Part shown: positions 18,840 to 27,804 of the stretch, piece by piece
Layout of the letters: every line of letters begins with the position of its first letter
Numbering within the stretch: the stretch's first letter is position 1
Source of the DNA: Nitrososphaeria archaeon
GTDB lineage: Archaea > Thermoproteota > Nitrososphaeria_A > Caldarchaeales > JAVZCJ01
DNA: 64,000 nt
Direction: 5' to 3'
Assembly (NCBI GenBank): GCA_041862235.1
Contig: JBGVSY010000015.1
Span: 11,866-75,865, forward strand
Notes under the pieces: model-generated
Database searches by the model: none
What the model was told of the DNA's origin: nothing
What the model saw: the letters and a program-made list of their open reading frames with translations, nothing else
Position numbers and translations under genes: made by a program

Positions 18840-19736
18840 ATGTGGGCGACGGCAGCAACATGGAGATTCAGTAGGAAGGCCGTTCAAGGTGGTTCACAGA
18901 TGCTCGCCAATGGGTCTCTTGCGCGTGACTCAGTTGAGTATGGTGTGAGACTTGTCGAGGCAGATCCGAACGTTGATTCGGTAGGTCTCGGAGGGATTGC
19001 CAACTTCGACGGAGTCGTTGAGTTGGATGCCTCCATAATGGATGGTAGGATAGACGCTGGGTCTGTTGGTGCGCTGCCGGACATCGTGCACGCCGTGTCT
19101 GTCGCAAGACGGGTGATGGAGAAGACGCCATTTGTTCTTCTTTCAGGCGCGGCGGCCACCATGCTTGCTCTTCAAGCAGGGATGCCCAAGAGTTCCTTGC
19201 TGACAGACGCTTCTCGGTCGAAGTGGAGAGAAATGAAATGGCAGATGGGAGACCAGTGGACGGAGGAGAAGTGGGAGAATTCTATCAAGCGATCTATTGA
19301 CAGAAGCAGAGGCGACGGCATAGGAATGATCGCTCTCGACATGGATGGAATGATCGCGGCCGCGGTATCCAGCAGTGGAGCGCCGTTGAAAATCCCTGGA
19401 AGGATCGGGGATTCCGCGTTGGTGGGAGCAGGTCTGTACGCCAGCAACCTCGTCGGAGCCGTTGTCTCGACTGGTCGCGGTGAAGTCGCGATAAGGCACG
19501 TTCTGTCAAAGACCACCTGCAATCTAATGGAGCAGGGGTTGTCGCCTCAAGCGGCCTGCGAGGAGGCATTGAAGTTCGTCGCCAGGCTTGAGTCAGAACC
19601 TCGAGTTGCGCTCCTGGCAATGAACACGACAGGTGAAGTTGGATCTGCTTCGTCCTTTGAGGGATTCGAATATTGTTACAGAAGCTCAGTCATGGATCAA
19701 GAGATCCTCCTTGAAGCTCCAATCATTTACAATTAG
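18840..19736 (+). CDS. Ntn-hydrolase asparaginase-2 family protein (glycosylasparaginase/isoaspartyl peptidase-like) lacking the Thr nucleophile
   Basis: 298 aa. Family motifs present are DSVGLGG, LDASIMDG, ...GMIALDMDGMIAAAVSSSGAPLKIPGRIGDSALVGAGLYA... and STGRGEVAIR. The autocleavage site reads GD-G-IGM, where HD-T-IG / G-T-VG is expected. Confidence 0.6.
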   Translation: MWATAATWRFSRKAVQGGSQMLANGSLARDSVEYGVRLVEADPNVDSVGLGGIANFDGVVELDASIMDGRIDAGSVGALPDIVHAVSVARRVMEKTPFVLLSGAAATMLALQAGMPKSSLLTDASRSKWREMKWQMGDQWTEEKWENSIKRSIDRSRGDGIGMIALDMDGMIAAAVSSSGAPLKIPGRIGDSALVGAGLYASNLVGAVVSTGRGEVAIRHVLSKTTCNLMEQGLSPQAACEEALKFVARLESEPRVALLAMNTTGEVGSASSFEGFEYCYRSSVMDQEILLEAPIIYN

Positions 19737-19928
19737 CGCTGGTTCAACCCGCGTAAAGTGTGTAGAAGTCGTGTAGCCCTCTACAAAAAAGGAGGTGAGG
19801 TACTACCGAGGTACAGTTGCCGCTGCGACGCCGAGATCACTTGTTGCGTTAAGAATACATAGCTGGCCGAACACGGAAGCCGATATCGGAGGACGATCGG
19901 CACGAAGTTCTTTCTGGGCCTCGCTGCT

Positions 19929-20486
19929 ATGATTGCTATATGCCTCTTTACTGGATATTTGAACGTAGCGTCGTACGCCGAGGTTGCGGTTCAGGATGTT
20001 CAAGTGCAGGCGCAGCCGTTCGTGTTCATCTTTCTGATCATAAGTGGCCTCCTGCTTCCCTACTCGGCAATGACACGTGAACCGTTCCGTCTGCTCAACT
20101 TCGAGCCTGTGCTCTCGTCGAATCCGTGGTACCCCGTCTCTGCGTTGGTCTTAGGAGCCGCTACTGGAGCTCTTCTGGTGCGAAACTCCTCTAGATCAAT
20201 GAAGGTTGCTGCCGTCGCCTTTCTTCTTCTTGTTCTTCTGTGGCTCCCGTCAGCCATGATGACGGCGCATCATCTTTGGCAACGATCCTCGGCTGTTATT
20301 GTGTCCATGGATGCCATAATATCCGAGTTCGTCCTAAACAGGCCCTTCGACCTCCTAACCGCCTTCTTCGTTCCCATAGTCACTGCTGGCTTGGTTGGAG
20401 CGGCAGCGTCTCTGAACTACAGAGAGATCAAATGGAGGATGCTGTCAAGGATAAGACACGTTCTTGGAATGTACGACGTGGAGTAG
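19929..20486 (+). CDS. Hypothetical multi-pass membrane protein
   Basis: 185 aa with 4-5 hydrophobic helices and no recognisable family motif. Confidence 0.4.
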   Translation: MIAICLFTGYLNVASYAEVAVQDVQVQAQPFVFIFLIISGLLLPYSAMTREPFRLLNFEPVLSSNPWYPVSALVLGAATGALLVRNSSRSMKVAAVAFLLLVLLWLPSAMMTAHHLWQRSSAVIVSMDAIISEFVLNRPFDLLTAFFVPIVTAGLVGAAASLNYREIKWRMLSRIRHVLGMYDVE

Positions 20487-20575
20487 AGAACCCAACATTT
20501 TATTCGAGCTAAAGTGGATCTGCGTTGGTGAAGTTGGAGAAGAAGCCGCCGCGATATCGCTTGAAGCAACTTGGT

Positions 20576-21283
20576 CTATCGAATCAGTCCGAATATCTCA
20601 TCCTCAACGTAGTCTACTAGCTCCTGCTCATCGATCTTGCTGAAACACGTAACCACGCAGTTCCGGGTCAGACCAATTACAAGTCCCCTGGAGCGAGATG
20701 TGTAGACTACATACCAAATCTTTCCATGTGAGAGGTATTGTTCATATAGGGTTGAGTCCTTCAACGCGCTTCCGTATAGAGCCAACCTGTCTACGTTGGG
20801 TACGTCAACGTCGTCAAAGAAAATCACCTTAGTCGCATCCGGATTTCTTTCATGGAACTCTTGCAGCGTCGCGGAGGGAATCTGGGCTTCGACTATCCCT
20901 CCAAAAGTAACGAACAGAATTTGACTCAACACGGATGCAACGCTGTTGGCGAAATGCTTCTCTTGAAGCACGGAAAGAAGCGTTTTTCCCTGGAGCTCAT
21001 GGATAACCAATGGAGCTTCGATAGTCTTCACTATGGGTAAGATGTTGCCGCGCTGGTTGATCATGACGACTTTGTCTCGACTGAAGAGGCCCCTAAGCTG
21101 GTTCTTTCTCACCCGCAGATCCTTGATCTCAGTCAAGAGTTCCAGATCTTTTTCCTCCGCACTGAAGATCTCTTGGACGCTGTAGTCCTTCAGCCTCTTC
21201 GCTACTTCAGCAAGTGACATCTCTTCCCTGAACTCGAAGATCTTGGTAACTGATACCAGATTCGGCACCCCCTGACTGTCCAA
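20576..21283 (-). CDS. Hypothetical protein, divergent from the SMC-like operon
   Basis: A clean 235-aa ORF with mixed alpha/beta character and no motif I can name. Confidence 0.45.
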   Translation of the reverse strand: MDSQGVPNLVSVTKIFEFREEMSLAEVAKRLKDYSVQEIFSAEEKDLELLTEIKDLRVRKNQLRGLFSRDKVVMINQRGNILPIVKTIEAPLVIHELQGKTLLSVLQEKHFANSVASVLSQILFVTFGGIVEAQIPSATLQEFHERNPDATKVIFFDDVDVPNVDRLALYGSALKDSTLYEQYLSHGKIWYVVYTSRSRGLVIGLTRNCVVTCFSKIDEQELVDYVEDEIFGLIR

Positions 21284-21397
21284 ATAGGCTCAAGGAGCCG
21301 ACATATACCCGTTTTCCTGTTCGTGGGCCCATTTGCCGTGAATCATGGGCAAGGGAGAAGGGCTACGGCGTCTCCGAGAGCGCGTCAAGTGCTACAC

Positions 21398-21406
21398 AAA
21401 TAAATA
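21398..21406 (+). promoter_or_regulatory. Candidate TATA box for the SMC-like operon
   Basis: AAATAAATA lies 4 nt upstream of the GTG at 21410. That spacing argues for a downstream start, GTG 21488, which is preceded by GGAG. Confidence 0.35.
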
Positions 21407-21487
21407 CGGGTGGAATCAGCCGCTTCGTCCAGAGGGCGCCCTTTGACGAAGACCATTGAGCGACAGGAGACGAAGGAGCCGCAGAAG

Positions 21488-23299
21488 GTGCAGCTCGGGG
21501 TCTTCGTCGGCGAGGTAATATTAGAGAACTTCATGTCACACGACTACTCCCGGATACCCCTGAGACCTGGCTTGAACGTTATCGCTGGCCCCAACGGATC
21601 TGGCAAATCCTCCATCTTGCTGGGGATCTCAGTTGCCCTCGGACAGACCTACACTGAGAGAGCGCAGAAGCTGAGCCAGTTGATCCGTAGAGGCAGCGAG
21701 GTGGCCAGAGTCTCTGTGTCTCTCGACAATAGTCCCAGAGCCGGAAAGAGGCCCATACCCAGCCTCCCGACGGATAGAGTGACCATCTCACGCTACCTAA
21801 AGAGAAGTGGTGAGTACTGGCACTACGTGAACAACAGGTTCCGAGCCAAAGCAGAGGTGCAGCATCTTCTTGAAGGCCTCGGCATGAACCCGGATAACAT
21901 CCTGATAATAATGCACCAGAACATGATTGAGCAGTTCAGCGGGAGATCAAGCCAAGAAAAACTCCAAATGGTTGAAGACGCGGTTGGGGCGGGCCGGTTA
22001 AGAGCGAGGATCCTGAAAGCCGAGGACAGGCTCATCGAACTTCAAAGCGAAGAAGCCGCTGTGAAAAGGTCCATTGAGGAAGGAAAAGCAGCAGTAGACT
22101 TCTGGAGGGAAGAGTACGAGAAGCTTCTTTCGTTGAGGAAACTCTACGATCAGAAGGAGGCCCTAGAAAGAGAGTACGCTTGGTCGCAGGTAATTCAACT
22201 CGAATCTGAGGCCCGCCGGCTGGCAACAAGGATCACGGAGAGCATGTCCAACATCAAGGCACTTGAAGCGATGATTGTTGACAAAGACAAAGAAGTAGCG
22301 GAGCAGAGGGAGAAGTTCACGACGTTGATGGCGACCCTTCGACGCCACTACTTCGACATGGTCGAGCTGGCAAGGAAGACAGCAACGTCTGATGAGGAGA
22401 AAGCCAAGGGTCTCGACGAGAAGTTTGCCAACGCCGATGAGAGAATAGGAAGGACCGAGCAAAGGATCGTCAAAGCAGTGGATCATCTGGTGGAAAAGAG
22501 CGTTCGAGCTGAGCTCCTGAAACAGAGGAAGAGGAGGATAGAAAGAGAGCTAGGTAAACTCAGGCAACAGTTCGACGAGATCGATAAACAACTTGAATCT
22601 AGGGTCGATGAGGCAAAATCCATGGGAGAGCGGTTGGAGACGCAGCGTCGACCCCTCGAGATTTTGGAGGACATCAGAGTAGTCTCGGTACAGATAGCAT
22701 CGATTGGACACGTCAATAATGAAGCCGAGGAAATGTACCTGATGGCTGATTCGAGGTTTAGAGAGACCGAGCTGAAGTTCCAGCAAGTAACCGAGAACAC
22801 AGAGAACGCTCTAAAGGAGGTGGAGCACCGCAAAAATGTCTGGCGAGCCTTCTTAAGAGGCCTGGCCTCCGAAGTGGAACCAGTATTCAACCAGATTTTG
22901 TCTTTGGTGGATGCCAGAGGGAAGATCGCGCTGGAGAACCTCGAGGAGGTTCCTGAAGCATCTCTGAGCGTCTCTGTCGGCTTCAGAGGATCAGAGCCGA
23001 TTCCACTCAACGTACAAACTCAGAGCGGAGGGGAGAGGACTGTAGCAACAATGGCGTTTCTCCTAGCCTTGCAGAAGCATGTCAAATCATTCTTCAGAGC
23101 CATCGACGAGTTCGACGTTCATCTAGATCCCCTGAACAGAGAGAGAATGATGAAGATTCTGATAACTGCAGCGCAGGGAGACAACTCATCTCAGTACATC
23201 GTGATAACTCCCGGTAGAGTTAACGCCGCGACAAACGCACACTTCATCGTAGTTCAAAACGTGGGTGGCAAGTCCTCTGTTAAGGTGGCTGAAAAATAG
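21488..23299 (+). CDS. Short SMC-like ABC ATPase (no hinge, no zinc hook, no cysteine)
   Basis: It has Walker A GPNGSGKSS, a long heptad-rich Glu/Lys/Arg middle section, signature QSGGERTVATMAFLLAL and Walker B FFRAIDEFDVHLDPLNRERM, then ...SQYIVITPG. The ORF track starts at GTG 21410 (629 aa); I prefer GTG 21488 (603 aa). Confidence 0.75.
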   Translation: MQLGVFVGEVILENFMSHDYSRIPLRPGLNVIAGPNGSGKSSILLGISVALGQTYTERAQKLSQLIRRGSEVARVSVSLDNSPRAGKRPIPSLPTDRVTISRYLKRSGEYWHYVNNRFRAKAEVQHLLEGLGMNPDNILIIMHQNMIEQFSGRSSQEKLQMVEDAVGAGRLRARILKAEDRLIELQSEEAAVKRSIEEGKAAVDFWREEYEKLLSLRKLYDQKEALEREYAWSQVIQLESEARRLATRITESMSNIKALEAMIVDKDKEVAEQREKFTTLMATLRRHYFDMVELARKTATSDEEKAKGLDEKFANADERIGRTEQRIVKAVDHLVEKSVRAELLKQRKRRIERELGKLRQQFDEIDKQLESRVDEAKSMGERLETQRRPLEILEDIRVVSVQIASIGHVNNEAEEMYLMADSRFRETELKFQQVTENTENALKEVEHRKNVWRAFLRGLASEVEPVFNQILSLVDARGKIALENLEEVPEASLSVSVGFRGSEPIPLNVQTQSGGERTVATMAFLLALQKHVKSFFRAIDEFDVHLDPLNRERMMKILITAAQGDNSSQYIVITPGRVNAATNAHFIVVQNVGGKSSVKVAEK

Positions 23300-23333
23300 C
23301 ACGCGCTGAGCAGACGCCCTTGGTGTCAGAGCT

Positions 23334-24152
23334 TTGAGCCAGAAAAGAACAACACTGAGGAGAAGTGAACTGCAGAACATGATTGAGCTCTGCCGAACTG
23401 TCGAGAGGAAGGGACTCAATCCATTCGATGTCGATGTCAAGAGCCTCCTCACCAGGCTGAGGAGAATGCTCGAAGAAGCAAGGTACGTCGAAGACATAGT
23501 CATGGACGCCGAGACCCTCTATCGAATCGCCTTGCTGATAGCGTTCCAAGGCAGGTGGCTCAGGGACAAGGCTTCAGCTCTTTTCATCGATCATCAACTT
23601 GTGGCGGTCAAGCTTGCGGTGGCGGACAACGAATGCTTAGCCCAAGCCTTTCTGCGATCTTGGAGGCCGATAGCTAGGCTGGAGCAACTGACCGCCTACA
23701 AGGCCAGGCTTGGTATGGAGCATTTCCTGAATCTGCCTTCCATAAACCGTGAAAAGAGCAAGCTTCCATCCCCGAGAGAGATCTTTGTGTCCGAGATAGA
23801 GGAGATGATGCGTGCTGGGCTGCTGGAGAAGGCTTGGTTCGAGGAGAAGCTGAAGGAGGTTCACGCTGAACTTCTTGATCAAGCAAGGCGAGGACAGGTC
23901 GACTATTGGCAGTTCATTGCCGGGAAAGACTTGGAGGAAAGCATTGCGAGAGCGTACGCAGTCAGCTTCCTCGTAACCAATGGAAAGGTTCACTTGAGGG
24001 TCGACCCCCTCGCCGACAAGAAGACGCTGGTTTTGCTGGATGAAGCCGAGGATAGGGGAGAAACCAGATCTCTGGCCGTGGCGATCGATGAAGAGATCCT
24101 GAGGGAGAAGAAGCGTGAGCGACAGTCGGGAGAGAACAGCGGAGAGGGTTAA
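23334..24152 (+). CDS. Kleisin (ScpA)-like protein
   Basis: 272 aa. The N-terminal ...MIELCRTVERKGLNPFDVDVKSLLTRLRRMLEE... resembles the ScpA N-terminal motif. The body is helical, and it sits directly downstream of the SMC-like gene. The start is TTG 23334 or ATG 23379. Confidence 0.5.
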   Translation: MSQKRTTLRRSELQNMIELCRTVERKGLNPFDVDVKSLLTRLRRMLEEARYVEDIVMDAETLYRIALLIAFQGRWLRDKASALFIDHQLVAVKLAVADNECLAQAFLRSWRPIARLEQLTAYKARLGMEHFLNLPSINREKSKLPSPREIFVSEIEEMMRAGLLEKAWFEEKLKEVHAELLDQARRGQVDYWQFIAGKDLEESIARAYAVSFLVTNGKVHLRVDPLADKKTLVLLDEAEDRGETRSLAVAIDEEILREKKRERQSGENSGEG

Positions 24153-24741
24153 GAAGAAGCTGACAAGAGCAGCAGCGATGCTCTTCTATTCAAGACATAG
24201 GCTCCCGGGCGTGAGAGGCTGGGAACTGAGAAAACGCCTTGGGAGGAACTACATGAAGATCGTCGAGATGCTCAACAGTCGGCTACAGCCCATTGGAATG
24301 CAGGTGAAGGTTGTCTTCGAGCAACCCCAGCGGGAAGATAAGATTAGCGAAGAGAACCTGGAGCGAGCGAGATTCTACATAACTCTCGCACACCCTCTAT
24401 CCCTCTCAGATGTAGTTGGCTCAGGGTGGAGGATAGATGAGGTGGCGGCGCTTGCTGCGGTAATCTCCTACGTCTCAAGCCGTGGAGGCAAAGCCCCTGT
24501 TAATGATGTGAGAGAGATGCTACAAACAAAGTTCCCTCGTTGGAAGGCCGAGGCTGCGATAGAAAGGTTCACTAGGAGAGGGTACCTGCATATCTCGGAA
24601 GATGACGTGATATACGTCGGTTGGCGAACAAGAGCAGAAGTCGATCAAAGAGAGCTTCTAAAGGCGCTTATGGAGATAGTGCCCACGGAGAGCGAGGAAT
24701 CCACGGCCGCAAGTGAAGAAGCGAGTGGAGAAGAAAGATAG
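24115..24741 (+). CDS. Tandem winged-helix 'kite'-like protein (ScpB / Nse3-MAGE-like layout) with acidic tail
   Basis: 208 aa. The GTG start overlaps the upstream gene by 38 nt. The two halves read AAAMLFYSRHRLPGVRGWELRKRL...MQVKVVFE and IDEVAALAAVISYVSSRGGKAPVNDVREML...RRGYLHISEDDVIYVGWR. The C-terminus is ESEESTAASEEASGEER. Confidence 0.45.
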   Translation: MSDSRERTAERVKKKLTRAAAMLFYSRHRLPGVRGWELRKRLGRNYMKIVEMLNSRLQPIGMQVKVVFEQPQREDKISEENLERARFYITLAHPLSLSDVVGSGWRIDEVAALAAVISYVSSRGGKAPVNDVREMLQTKFPRWKAEAAIERFTRRGYLHISEDDVIYVGWRTRAEVDQRELLKALMEIVPTESEESTAASEEASGEER

Positions 24742-24742
24742 C

Positions 24743-27607
24743 TTATCTGAACATCCTGCGTAGAGCTCTCTTCTCCGCCTCTATTATGTCGAGCACCAAG
24801 TCATCCGACACTTTACCGTGCTTTTGGAGGATCTGCTGAATGTCTTTACGCGAGATTCTTCTGCCAACCAGCACCACAACGGCTGCTTTTCCATACTTTT
24901 CGACCAGTCGGCTCGTCGCCAGGATCTTGCTTTTTCTCTTGGCGCTCGCAGAACCGGTTGCCCTCCCTTTTCTGGCCACAAGTCCGTAGACCTCAGAGGG
25001 CTCCGCTTGTATGACTCCAAGCCGAGGCGAATAGCAACGCGGGCATGTGAGATGTTCGTCAAGATCCTTCACCAAACGCTTGTCAGCGAAGTCCCAGCAA
25101 GACGCACACACTAGAAGAGGGACTTCGTTCATCAACCTCGCCTTGACAGCGTTGAGGACCAAACGCTCAATTCGGTCGGACGCAGCCACTTCGAACTCGC
25201 TTCTGTGTCGTTGGACCGTAAGTCTTGCTAGCGGAGAAAGCTTTTCCACGAGCTCCCTGGTTTCTATCTGAATCTCTCCAGTTATGGCCTTATGTAGAAA
25301 ATCCTCCGTTCCCTTCACATCTAGATCATGGTAGATCACGACCTTGAGGGCCTCATCGTAGACCGGCGTTCCCTCCACGGCTTCCACAATGCGCGTGGCT
25401 GTTACGTCGAGTAGGCTAGCTTCCTTCTTCAGCACACCCATCTTTCTAGCGACATGCATGACCCGCCTCTTGAAGAGACCAGAAGACTCCACAGCTGAAA
25501 CAAGACGCTCCTTGACGCCGCTTGCAGACAACCCGTGAAGTGACTCCAAAACTAACTGAGGATAGACATCGCTTGACTGAAATGCGATTCTGTAGGCGTC
25601 CTGCTGAGTGGCAATCGGAGCACCTATTCTCTCCGAGAGATCAAAAGCGACAAGCCTTGCGATAGTTCTGTTGATCTTCAGGCCTCCACAGACATGCATC
25701 ACAGTAAACTTGTCATGCCGTTCGATGAGCACTCTCTTGTCCGTTGGAACTGGAATGTGTTGTTTGAGATGTAGCCAAACCTCTTTGAGCGCTCTGAGCA
25801 CTACATCTGGCTCAACTTCATATCTCAGGGCGATGTCGCTGCATACATCTGCGTATTTCTCGCCGGCCAAACATCTCCGCTCGAGCTCTGCGCGCAGTGC
25901 GCCGACCTCCTGTGCTATCTCAAAGGGGACAGGGATCTCCTCTCCAACCCAGGAAGGTACAGCTCCCTCGAAGCCTTCTACGGCTGAGACGTAGATTCTG
26001 TCTCCCTGTGTATGCAAGATATTCCAAGGCTTTCCAGTCAAAACGAACTTTGTCCCGGGGTCACCATGCTCAGAGACAAACTCCTCATCAAGTATCCCTA
26101 TCGGCTCTTGGGTCGCCTCGTTCACAACTAGGTACTGCCTTACCTCGGGTATCATCGAAAGGGTGTTGAAGTAGTACTCGAAGAGAGGCTTGGACTTGAA
26201 GGCCCTTGTGATGTACTCGTCTTCCACGATGTTCGCCAGACGCACGGCGGACATGAAATAGGCGACCTCTCTCAACTGATGCAGTCTGAGCCCGTGAAAT
26301 GGGTAGGCCCTTTTCACTATGTCGAGGATTTCTTGTATTGTCCACCTTGATCGCTCGACCAGCAAGCCGGCCATCTGATGAGCCAATACGTCGCTGCTGT
26401 TCTCGGGTATGATAGACTCCTCTAGTTCCTCCAACTGGGCTCTACGCGTTATTGCCATCGCTTCCAGTGCATCGTCAGAGTCGCTGACGATGACAGTCCC
26501 TCTCGCCGTTCTCCCTATTTTGTGGCCACTTCTGCCCACCCGCTGTGTCAGCCGTGTCACTTCTCTCGGGGAGTTGTACTGAACTACGAGATCAATCGCG
26601 CCGACATCTATGCCCAACTCGAGGGAAGAAGTGCATATGATTCCGATCAAGGTTCCGCGTTTCAACCCCTGTTCCGCAGACAGGCGGCTGGGCTTCGCCA
26701 GAGATCCGTGATGGACTCCCATCGGAAGCTCCAAGTCCCAAGCTCTGAACCTGTTGGTGAGTATCTCGGCTAGGGGCCGCGTGTTTGTAAATACGAGAGT
26801 GCTCTGGTGACTCTCGACGAGTTCCCTGATCTTTGAAAGCCTTGCGGCCACGGACGGGAAAGTCATGAGCTTCTCGGCGAGCTTCCGGTCCTCTGCTGTC
26901 GGCCGCGGGAAAACCACCTCAAGCTTCATTTTCCTGTCTAATGGAACCCTGACTATTTCACACCCTTCATCATCGCCCACTAGGAAGCTCGCTATCTTTT
27001 CTGGATCGCCTATGGTGGCTGACAGACCTATACGCTGAAATCTTCGTCCGACGATCTCAACCAGTCTCTCAAGACCTACGGAGAGCTGAACTCCTCTCTT
27101 GTCCGTCGCCAGTTCGTGTATCTCGTCGACAATGACCCATCTCAGCGTTTTGAGATGTCGCCTCAACAATCTTCCCGTGAGGATGGCTTGCAAGGTCTCT
27201 GGTGTTGTGATGAGCATATCTGGCGGGCTTAGAGCCTGCATCCTTCTCTCACTTGCACCCGTGTCTCCATGCCGCACCGACACCGTCAGGTCTAGCTCCT
27301 GGCTCCACCACTCTATCCTCTCTAGGAGGTCTCTATTCAAGGCTCGAAGTGGGGTGATGTAGACAAGCTTGACGCCGGGTATTCTCCCCTCCAACATGAT
27401 CTTGCTTAGGATCGGGAGCATGGCGGCCTCGGTTTTTCCCGTTCCTGTCGGGGACATGAGAAGGAGGTTCCTGCCCTCCATTATCTTGGGGATACTCTCT
27501 ATCTGAGGCGGAATCAACTCGCCGAAGCGCTCTCTGAAAGCCTCGGCTACAGGTTTCACAAGCAGCCTTAGCACTTTTTCGCTCTCAGAATCGCTCTTCG
27601 ACGTCAT
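24743..27607 (-). CDS. lhr: Lhr-type large ATP-dependent helicase (superfamily 2, DEAD/DEAH box, with C-terminal Zn ribbon)
   Basis: 954 aa. Helicase motifs are MSPTGTGKTEAA, VIVDEIHEL, LSATIG, VFTNTR and QRVGRSGH. The C-terminal region contains CASCWDF...CPRC. Confidence 0.8.
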   Translation of the reverse strand: MTSKSDSESEKVLRLLVKPVAEAFRERFGELIPPQIESIPKIMEGRNLLLMSPTGTGKTEAAMLPILSKIMLEGRIPGVKLVYITPLRALNRDLLERIEWWSQELDLTVSVRHGDTGASERRMQALSPPDMLITTPETLQAILTGRLLRRHLKTLRWVIVDEIHELATDKRGVQLSVGLERLVEIVGRRFQRIGLSATIGDPEKIASFLVGDDEGCEIVRVPLDRKMKLEVVFPRPTAEDRKLAEKLMTFPSVAARLSKIRELVESHQSTLVFTNTRPLAEILTNRFRAWDLELPMGVHHGSLAKPSRLSAEQGLKRGTLIGIICTSSLELGIDVGAIDLVVQYNSPREVTRLTQRVGRSGHKIGRTARGTVIVSDSDDALEAMAITRRAQLEELEESIIPENSSDVLAHQMAGLLVERSRWTIQEILDIVKRAYPFHGLRLHQLREVAYFMSAVRLANIVEDEYITRAFKSKPLFEYYFNTLSMIPEVRQYLVVNEATQEPIGILDEEFVSEHGDPGTKFVLTGKPWNILHTQGDRIYVSAVEGFEGAVPSWVGEEIPVPFEIAQEVGALRAELERRCLAGEKYADVCSDIALRYEVEPDVVLRALKEVWLHLKQHIPVPTDKRVLIERHDKFTVMHVCGGLKINRTIARLVAFDLSERIGAPIATQQDAYRIAFQSSDVYPQLVLESLHGLSASGVKERLVSAVESSGLFKRRVMHVARKMGVLKKEASLLDVTATRIVEAVEGTPVYDEALKVVIYHDLDVKGTEDFLHKAITGEIQIETRELVEKLSPLARLTVQRHRSEFEVAASDRIERLVLNAVKARLMNEVPLLVCASCWDFADKRLVKDLDEHLTCPRCYSPRLGVIQAEPSEVYGLVARKGRATGSASAKRKSKILATSRLVEKYGKAAVVVLVGRRISRKDIQQILQKHGKVSDDLVLDIIEAEKRALRRMFR

Positions 27608-27804
27608 AGCCCGATTCTGTCCGGCCCTCTAGGGTGGCAGAGGTGGGCTAAAGTGTTTTGCACAATTGGTCGCTTTGAAAACGTCATAGCCTGGGTGTAA
27701 CTAGAAGTCTGAGCTGAATCTCTCCTTTTCTCAGTCGATCGAATAGACATAGACCTGCTTGGAATTCGGGTTCGTTTCCTGAAATCGACTAACGTAGAGC
27801 TTGG

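Noticed and set aside
19789-19930. Strong SD-like AAGGAGGTGA in the 190-bp gap upstream of the 19929 membrane gene
   Set aside because: No start codon lies at a suitable distance. The only frame opened, a GTG inside the SD itself, gives 47 codons of implausible sequence.
22483-23010. 175-aa minus-strand ORF, with several shorter ones, inside the SMC-like gene
   Set aside because: These are shadows of the coiled-coil coding region. GAR-rich sense codons give open antisense frames.
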